Shown one piece after another: positions 58,163 through 64,000 of a stretch of 64,000 nucleotides of DNA. This stretch comes from Minisyncoccia bacterium (GTDB lineage Bacteria > Patescibacteriota > Minisyncoccia > Phycocordibacterales > UBA9973). The position numbers and the translations under genes were made by a program. The notes under the pieces are model-generated. The model ran no database searches. It was given only the letters and a program-made list of their open reading frames with translations, and was not told where the DNA came from. The first letter of the stretch is position 1. Each line of letters opens with the position of its first letter. The stretch is taken from positions 161,978-225,977 of the forward strand of contig JBAQNN010000002.1 of assembly GCA_049303835.1 (NCBI GenBank), given 5' to 3'.

Positions 58163-60349
58163 TTAAATCACATTAGTTCCGTCTTCCGTCCTTTCTATCT
58201 TTTCCAGTACTTCTCTAGGCTTGGCGCCATCACCGGGGCCTATCACTCCGCGTTCTTCTAGTTTATCCATCAGTCGTGCGGCGCGCGCGTATCCGAGTTT
58301 TAATTTTCTTTGTAGATAAGAAGTAGAAGCTTTCCCGGCTTCCATCACACAGGCTCTCGCTTCTTCATACATTTCATCGTCATCATCCATATCATCCTCT
58401 TCCAAAGAGCTTTCAAAGATGCTCTTGTCGGCGGAGATAGAGCCTGCGGTCAGAGTGATCTCTTCTGTCACTTCATCCGCATAAGCGTCCGCCAAATATT
58501 TTACCACTTTCTTCACCTCTACTTCGGAGATAAAAGCACTCTGCAGACGCTCCGGCTGTGCTTCACCCGAAGAGTAGAGCATATCGCCGGCACCCAAGAG
58601 CTTTTCTGCTCCTCCTGCATCCAATATCGTGCGGGAGTCTATTTGTGAAGAAACCTTGAGTGCTATACGAGCAGGGATGTTTGCTTTGATGAGTCCGGTG
58701 ATGACATTTACTTCCGGACGTTGAGTGGAGAGTATGAGGTGTATGCCGACTGCGCGAGACATCTGGGCGAGTCGCACGATAGCCGCTTCCAGTTCTCTCG
58801 GGTAAGTGCTCATGATATCTGCGAGTTCGTCTATGATGATGACGATATATGGCAAACGGTCTGCTCCGGTCTCTTCATCTACTCCATCACCATTTTTGGT
58901 TGTTTTTCTAGGATTTTTACTCCAAACGTTGTTGTGATAAGACTCTATGTCTCGTACAGATTCTGCTTCCAAGATATCATAACGGCGATCCATCTCTTTT
59001 GCTGCCCATTTGAGCGCCAAGATAGTCTTTTTCGCTTCGGTGATGACAGGGGTGAGCAAATGAGGAATGTTTTTATAGAGAGTGAGTTCTACTCGTTTTG
59101 GATCTATCAAGATGAGCTTCAGATCTTCCGGCCCGTTTCTATACAAGAGGGAAGTGATGATTGAATGGATGGTGACTGATTTTCCGGAGCCAGTAGTGCC
59201 GGCCACGAGGGCGTGTGGCATTTTGGCCAAGTTACCAAAGACGGCTTTGCCGGAGATGTTGCGTCCGAGGGCGATAGTAAGTGGCTTTGGAGAATTTTGG
59301 AACTTGTCGTCTCCTAGGAGGGTGGCGAGTCCGACTATTGATTTGGATTTATTCGGAATCTCAATACCGACTAAAGATTTGCCGGGGATAGGGGCTTCTA
59401 TGCGGATAGGGTGTGCGGCGAGAGAGAGGGCGAGGTCATTTTGCAGTCCTACGATGCGCGAGAGCTTTACTCCTTCGGCTGGTTTGAGGGCGTAGCGAGT
59501 GACGGTCGGTCCGATAGTAATCTCATCCATTTCCACTTCAATGCCGAAGTTTGCGAGAGTGCGTTTGATGATATTGGCGTTAGCTTTGATGTCTCCGGTG
59601 TTTGGTTTACCTTTGTCTTCTTCCAAGAGACCAAGCGGCGGGGGTACATAAGTAGAGGCAGGACCCACTTTTCTTTTTTTGATAGGGATCTCTTCTTCCT
59701 CTTCTTCTACCACCTTGTTTTTCCCGACCCCCAAAGCATTCTTGATTTTTTCGCTCGTAGTTTCTTTCGTTATTTCTTCTTTCTCTTCTGGTTCTTCCTC
59801 TTCTTCGGGGAGTTCTTCGGGTGTTTCATCTGCAGTTTCTTTTTTCTTGGTGAACTTCTCCTTGATTCTCATGAGTAGTGGCATGAGGTCTAGTTTTGCA
59901 TCAAACATTATCAAAACCGAAATTATTAAAATCGCTCCCAAGAAAGCGAGACTAGCATATACATCAAAAAGTGAGACAAATGGTTTAGCTAAAATTTCTC
60001 CGAAAAATCCTCCGGCATGTTCGCCTGAAGCGATGTCTATCATCCCTAGTCCTGAGAGTAAGAACAAAATTCCGGAGATGACCCGCGCCCAGCCGATGTC
60101 CGGCACTTCTGATTTTATAAATGAAGAACCGAGCAAGACTAGTAGGGTAGGCAAGAGGATATATCCGACACCGAGTAAGTATTCCAGTTTTTCAAAAACA
60201 AATACACCCGCCACTCCGGCGATATCAAAATAAGTCAACAAGAAAAATAAGGCGAGAACAAAAAATACGACTGCGATGATTCCGTGTTTAGTTTGAGTTT
60301 TCAATCCACTTGGTTTACTTTCATACTTGTCACTTCTTTTTTTGGCCAT
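58163..60349 (-). CDS. ftsK: DNA translocase FtsK/SpoIIIE
   Basis: 4 N-terminal TM helices, acidic linker, motor domain with Walker A GTTGSGKSV, C-terminal gamma winged helix. Confidence 0.9.
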   Translation of the reverse strand: MAKKRSDKYESKPSGLKTQTKHGIIAVVFFVLALFFLLTYFDIAGVAGVFVFEKLEYLLGVGYILLPTLLVLLGSSFIKSEVPDIGWARVISGILFLLSGLGMIDIASGEHAGGFFGEILAKPFVSLFDVYASLAFLGAILIISVLIMFDAKLDLMPLLMRIKEKFTKKKETADETPEELPEEEEEPEEKEEITKETTSEKIKNALGVGKNKVVEEEEEEIPIKKRKVGPASTYVPPPLGLLEEDKGKPNTGDIKANANIIKRTLANFGIEVEMDEITIGPTVTRYALKPAEGVKLSRIVGLQNDLALSLAAHPIRIEAPIPGKSLVGIEIPNKSKSIVGLATLLGDDKFQNSPKPLTIALGRNISGKAVFGNLAKMPHALVAGTTGSGKSVTIHSIITSLLYRNGPEDLKLILIDPKRVELTLYKNIPHLLTPVITEAKKTILALKWAAKEMDRRYDILEAESVRDIESYHNNVWSKNPRKTTKNGDGVDEETGADRLPYIVIIIDELADIMSTYPRELEAAIVRLAQMSRAVGIHLILSTQRPEVNVITGLIKANIPARIALKVSSQIDSRTILDAGGAEKLLGAGDMLYSSGEAQPERLQSAFISEVEVKKVVKYLADAYADEVTEEITLTAGSISADKSIFESSLEEDDMDDDDEMYEEARACVMEAGKASTSYLQRKLKLGYARAARLMDKLEERGVIGPGDGAKPREVLEKIERTEDGTNVI

Positions 60350-60369
60350 ATAAAACTATTTTACCACGC

Positions 60370-60462
60370 ACTAGCCATTAGGCGCTAGGCATTAGGCTTT
60401 AGCTTTTTATTTTTTTGTATTGTATTTTGCTAGAGCCTAGTGCCTAAAGCCTAGGGCCTGAG
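60370..60462. repeat. Two inverted arrays of a 7-bp repeat (GCCTARN x4) flanking an AT-rich spacer, in the ftsK/ORF60506 divergent region
   Basis: CTAGCCATTAGGCGCTAGGCATTAGGCTTTAGC ... AT-rich ... CTAGAGCCTAGTGCCTAAAGCCTAGGGCCTGAG. Confidence 0.5.
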
Positions 60463-60505
60463 AAAATGCTCTTGCATTTTTCCTTGTCCCATATATAATG
60501 GACAA

Positions 60506-61324
60506 ATGTTGGGAGAAGAAAAAAATCTCAAAGACTCCAAAAAAGACGCCATAAAAGACACCTCCTCTGTTTCTGTTTCCTATGGGGACACAGGGGCTTC
60601 TTCTGGTCTTTACTCCAAGACCGACAAACTCATTACTGCCCTTTATATGGTTACGGACATTATTGAAAGAGATGAACCCCTCCGAAATAAGTTAAGGACA
60701 CTAGGCACCGAAATCGTATCGGACATGCGCTCCTTGGAACAAAGCATGGCAGGGAATATGGCGTCCGTTATCCTTGGAAAAGTGGAGGAAATTGTGTCCT
60801 TCTTAGATCTCGCCAGGACGATGAGCATCGTCTCTGTTATGAATTCCGATATCTTGAAAAAAGAATTTTTCAAATTAAAACAAAGCATTACAGGCTCTGT
60901 CGGAAAGATTGAAATCTTAAACAACAAAGTAGACTTGTCGGAATTTTTTGGAGAGGCTCCGAAGGTCGGGTTGTTTTCCGAAAAAATAATTTCTAAAGGA
61001 CATCTACCTATCCGTACGGGTCCTAGCCTCGGGGTGCAAAAGGCGGACACTCTCCTCAAGGCCATCAAAGGTATCTCCGGGGTTCACAACTTTGACGAAC
61101 AAAAAAAACAAAGACGAAACGATATATTAAACATCATAAAGATTTTAGGTGGCAGTGCTACCATAAAGGACATAAAGGACAAGGTACATACTTTGCCGGG
61201 GCAGGTGGGGTCGCTGGACTCTCACAGTGAAAAGACACTCCAAAGGGAGCTCGTATCTATGGTCTCAGGTGGTGTCCTTAAGAAAGAAGGATCCAAACGT
61301 TGGAGCAGATATTTCATAAAATAA
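60506..61324 (+). CDS. Hypothetical protein with possible C-terminal winged-helix
   Basis: 272 aa; C-terminal RRNDILNIIKILGGSATIKDIKDKV ... LQRELVSMVSGGVLKKEG resembles a wHTH. Confidence 0.4.
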   Translation: MLGEEKNLKDSKKDAIKDTSSVSVSYGDTGASSGLYSKTDKLITALYMVTDIIERDEPLRNKLRTLGTEIVSDMRSLEQSMAGNMASVILGKVEEIVSFLDLARTMSIVSVMNSDILKKEFFKLKQSITGSVGKIEILNNKVDLSEFFGEAPKVGLFSEKIISKGHLPIRTGPSLGVQKADTLLKAIKGISGVHNFDEQKKQRRNDILNIIKILGGSATIKDIKDKVHTLPGQVGSLDSHSEKTLQRELVSMVSGGVLKKEGSKRWSRYFIK

Positions 61325-61756
61325 ACATCCATAAAATTTTTCTCTTCTCTTTGCATCTTGTATGAAATTGTGTTAAGATACGTCTATGGATATAGGCATA
61401 AAATGCCAAGTTATCCACATAATATATTGCTCTATTTAAGAGCTGTATTATAATGTGATTGTGTTTATGGAGTGCACGTCTGTGTATTCTGTATTCACAA
61501 ATTGTATTTATTTTCACTTCATAAAAATTCACTTCTGATTTCGTCGAAAAAATCAAAAGAGAATAAAGTGAAAATAAGGAAGGATCATTGAAAACTTAAT
61601 AGCTATGTTTTCAATGTAGTTTATATCTGGTCGTTGTTTCGCAATCCGCTACATTATTAAAATTTATTAGTTATAAGCGGAGTAGGGATAACGATAAGAA
61701 AAATACGCCTTTAGTTTTGTCGAAACTTATTAATGGCGTAAAAATTAGAAAAATAT

Positions 61757-63718
61757 ATGAGTAAATTATTAAAATCAAAATTTCTTTTAGGAGTTTTGGT
61801 TGTAGCAACTTTGTTCGTTGGTTTTGCCTTTAATGCAAACTCAGCAGCAGCTGATTGTTCAATCACTACTACTTTGAGAGCAGGTTCAGTAGGCACAGAA
61901 GTTCAATGCTTACAGACAATAATCGGTGCTACAGCTGATGGTAAGTTTGGTCCTATGACCAAGGCTGCTGTTATGGCTTGGCAAGCAGGTCATGGTCTAG
62001 TTGCTGACGGAGTTGTCGGTGCTATGACTCGTGCCGCTTTGATGGGTGCACCTACAGGAAACTTTCCAGCAGGATGTACTTCAGCTTCCGGCTACAGTGC
62101 AACCACAGGAGTAAAGTGTGATACTGGTGCTTCAGCAGGACTTCCAGCAGGATGTTCCTCAACTGTAGGCTACAGCCAGACAACAGGAGTAAAGTGTGAT
62201 GGATCACAAGGTGGTTCTTCATCCGGTCCTTTGTCCGGTGGAGCAGGAGATGTAACAATCACTTCTACTACTTCAGATGTTGAAGACACAGTAAAAGAAG
62301 ATGATACAGAAGTGAAAGTTCTTGGTTTCCAAGTAGAAGCTGAGGATTCTGATGTTGAAATCAACAACGTTAAAGTTCTTTTGAAGAATACTGGTTTCGG
62401 ACCTTCTTCAGAAAATCTTTTGAAGTATGTTGATGAAGTTTCCATCATGATGGGAGATGAAGTTGTTGGTTCAGCTGACACTTCTGACTTCTCAAAGGAT
62501 TCAGGTTCTCCTGATGAATTTACTAAATCAATTTCTCTTGATAACGCAGTTGTCAGAGAAGGTGATAAAGTGAAGTTTTATGTAGCAGTTACAACCAGTT
62601 CAACTATTGACACTGCAGACATGACCGATGCTGATTGGTACGTACTTGCTGACACTCTTCGCTTTGAAGATGGATCAGGAGTTGTTTCCACAACAGATAT
62701 TACCAAAAACAACACCTTTGACTTTGAGGATGCATCCTCTGATGATAGCCTTGAAGTAAAATCTTCAACTGCTAACCCAGAAGATGGAACTGTTAAAGTT
62801 GATGAGAATAACACTACTGATGATGTCCTAGCTCTTCAATTCAAATTGGATGTAGACGAGGATTCAGCAGATGCTTCTGTTACTTCTGCAACTGTTAAAG
62901 TTGCTGTATCAAACTTTGACTATGATAAAAGTGGAGTTGTTGATGCAGGCGATCTTCTAGCCGTTGCTAACGGAGATGCTATAGCTTGGGCAGACAGAAT
63001 CGTTGATTCTCTAATGGTAGAAATTGACGGTGAAGAATTTGAAGCTGACTTAGACAATTCAGATGGTACTTCAGGAGATCTAGCAGCTGGTGCTGGTTAT
63101 GTTTACTACACAGTTGATTTTGATGACGATGAAATGGTCATCTCTTCCGGTGATGTTGTAGACGTAAAAGTACTCATCAACTTCAATGATCAAGGTGATG
63201 ATACTGTTCCAGCAAATAGTAATTACAACGAAGGTGTTGTCGTAACAGCTTCTTTGGCTGCTACAACTGACATCTCAGCTGAGACAGAAAACGATGAAAT
63301 CACAGTAGACGGTTCTTCAAAGACCGGTGCTGATCTTACATTGAATTTGTCCGAAGCTACTCTTTCTAGTCTATCTTGGGTACCGCTTGAAGGTGGTGCT
63401 GGAGTAGAATTGAGGTTTACAGTTGAAGCAGAAGGTGATGCTGTATTGGTAACCCTTGCAGACCTTGTCGCTGCTGATACTGTTACAACAACTGGAACTG
63501 TGGCTGCACCTACTCTTACAAAGGTGTCAGGTGATGCTGTAGAAGCCCCAGCTAATACATGGACAATTGATGAAGGAGATACTGCTTCATTCAGTCTTGT
63601 GTATACAAATACTGGTGCTAACGCTACAAGTGTACGAGTAACTATGCCTACTATCGCAGGACAAGATGTCTCTGATGATAAGGAAGTTTCTCCTCTAGTT
63701 GTTAGAAACGTTAACTAG
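61757..63718 (+). CDS. Secreted surface protein: N-terminal peptidoglycan-binding domain, two Cys-bracketed short repeats, long acidic Thr/Asp/Val-rich beta region
   Basis: Signal peptide; PG_binding_1-like GSVGTEVQCLQTIIGATADGKFGPMTKAAVMAWQAGHGLVADGVVGAMTRAAL; repeats GCTSASGYSATTGVKCD and GCSSTVGYSQTTGVKCD. Confidence 0.65.
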   Translation: MSKLLKSKFLLGVLVVATLFVGFAFNANSAAADCSITTTLRAGSVGTEVQCLQTIIGATADGKFGPMTKAAVMAWQAGHGLVADGVVGAMTRAALMGAPTGNFPAGCTSASGYSATTGVKCDTGASAGLPAGCSSTVGYSQTTGVKCDGSQGGSSSGPLSGGAGDVTITSTTSDVEDTVKEDDTEVKVLGFQVEAEDSDVEINNVKVLLKNTGFGPSSENLLKYVDEVSIMMGDEVVGSADTSDFSKDSGSPDEFTKSISLDNAVVREGDKVKFYVAVTTSSTIDTADMTDADWYVLADTLRFEDGSGVVSTTDITKNNTFDFEDASSDDSLEVKSSTANPEDGTVKVDENNTTDDVLALQFKLDVDEDSADASVTSATVKVAVSNFDYDKSGVVDAGDLLAVANGDAIAWADRIVDSLMVEIDGEEFEADLDNSDGTSGDLAAGAGYVYYTVDFDDDEMVISSGDVVDVKVLINFNDQGDDTVPANSNYNEGVVVTASLAATTDISAETENDEITVDGSSKTGADLTLNLSEATLSSLSWVPLEGGAGVELRFTVEAEGDAVLVTLADLVAADTVTTTGTVAAPTLTKVSGDAVEAPANTWTIDEGDTASFSLVYTNTGANATSVRVTMPTIAGQDVSDDKEVSPLVVRNVN

Positions 63719-63766
63719 TATAAATTCTCTCTGGTCTGATACGCCTTAAAAAGTATTACAAAACAA

Positions 63767-63800
63767 CCCCCGACTCTTACGAGAGTCCGGGGTTTTTTGT
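63767..63800 (+). terminator. Terminator after the surface protein gene
   Basis: CCCCCGACTCT-tacga-GAGTCCGGGG plus TTTTTT. Confidence 0.55.
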
Positions 63801-63843
63801 TTTCCCCTCCAATTTTTTCCCTCCCCAACCCCCGACCTTACCC

Positions 63844-63946
63844 TTAAGCAAGAACCGTTCTTGCTTAACCTTACTTAACTTTTTCTTTTCTTATTCCTTT
63901 AAGCAATTTAAGCAAGAACCGTTTAAGCAAGAACCGTTCTTGCTTA
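63844..63946. repeat. Two full and one partial copy of a 23-25-bp palindrome TTAAGCAAGAAC-c-GTTCTTGCTTAA
   Basis: Full copies at 63844-63868 and about 63924-63946; half copy at 63908-63923. Confidence 0.55.
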
Positions 63947-64000
63947 TTTTTATATTAAAAATGTATAATTAAACCATGCAAAGAAAGGATCCATTTGTTA

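Noticed and set aside
60370-60462. Possible CRISPR array
   Set aside because: Repeat unit is only 7 bp with no spacers of CRISPR size; no cas genes nearby

Overview
The window reads as a gene-dense, low-GC stretch (about 35-40% GC by eye) of a streamlined bacterial chromosome. Compact housekeeping genes, few biosynthetic genes, a type IV pilus locus and several large surface proteins fit a Candidate Phyla Radiation (Patescibacteria)-like episymbiont; this is inference. I found no rRNA, tRNA or CRISPR array in the intergenic regions I inspected.

Supported content:
- Translation: argS, ileS, glyQS, metG, rpsF-ssb-rpsR, efp.
- DNA repair and SOS: a lexA operon with a textbook sigma70 promoter and a GAAC-N4-GTTC box, recA, recJ, recO, rnhA, comM, a split comEC, a GIY-YIG nuclease, HU, ftsK.
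- Protein quality control: tig-clpP.
- Glycolysis: tpiA-pgk.
- Nucleotide metabolism: tmk-dut.
- Others: a membrane H+-pyrophosphatase, sodA, nusA, RNase Y, glyA.
- A pilB-pilC operon with three large prepilin-type proteins transcribed convergently onto it, next to a 931-aa Cys/Thr-rich repeat adhesin.

Most notable:
1. Three discrete GC-rich single-gene islands (about 55-60% GC), each with a native-looking AT-rich promoter/RBS and its own GC hairpin terminator: a tandem-GNAT plus YqfB-like ASCH fusion, a secreted protein, and a tiny RHH-like protein. This is compatible with gene capture from a GC-rich partner organism.
2. A convergent pair of YqfB-like ASCH (N4-acetylcytidine amidohydrolase family) domains, one stand-alone and one fused to a double GNAT acetyltransferase, suggesting an acetylation/deacetylation module.
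3. An IleRS carrying a roughly 200-aa histidine-phosphatase (PGAM-like, RHG motif) domain inserted in the catalytic core.
4. comEC split into two ORFs by an antisense sodA.
5. Unusual inverted-repeat and heptamer-repeat elements upstream of recA and ftsK, and repeated palindromes at the window end.
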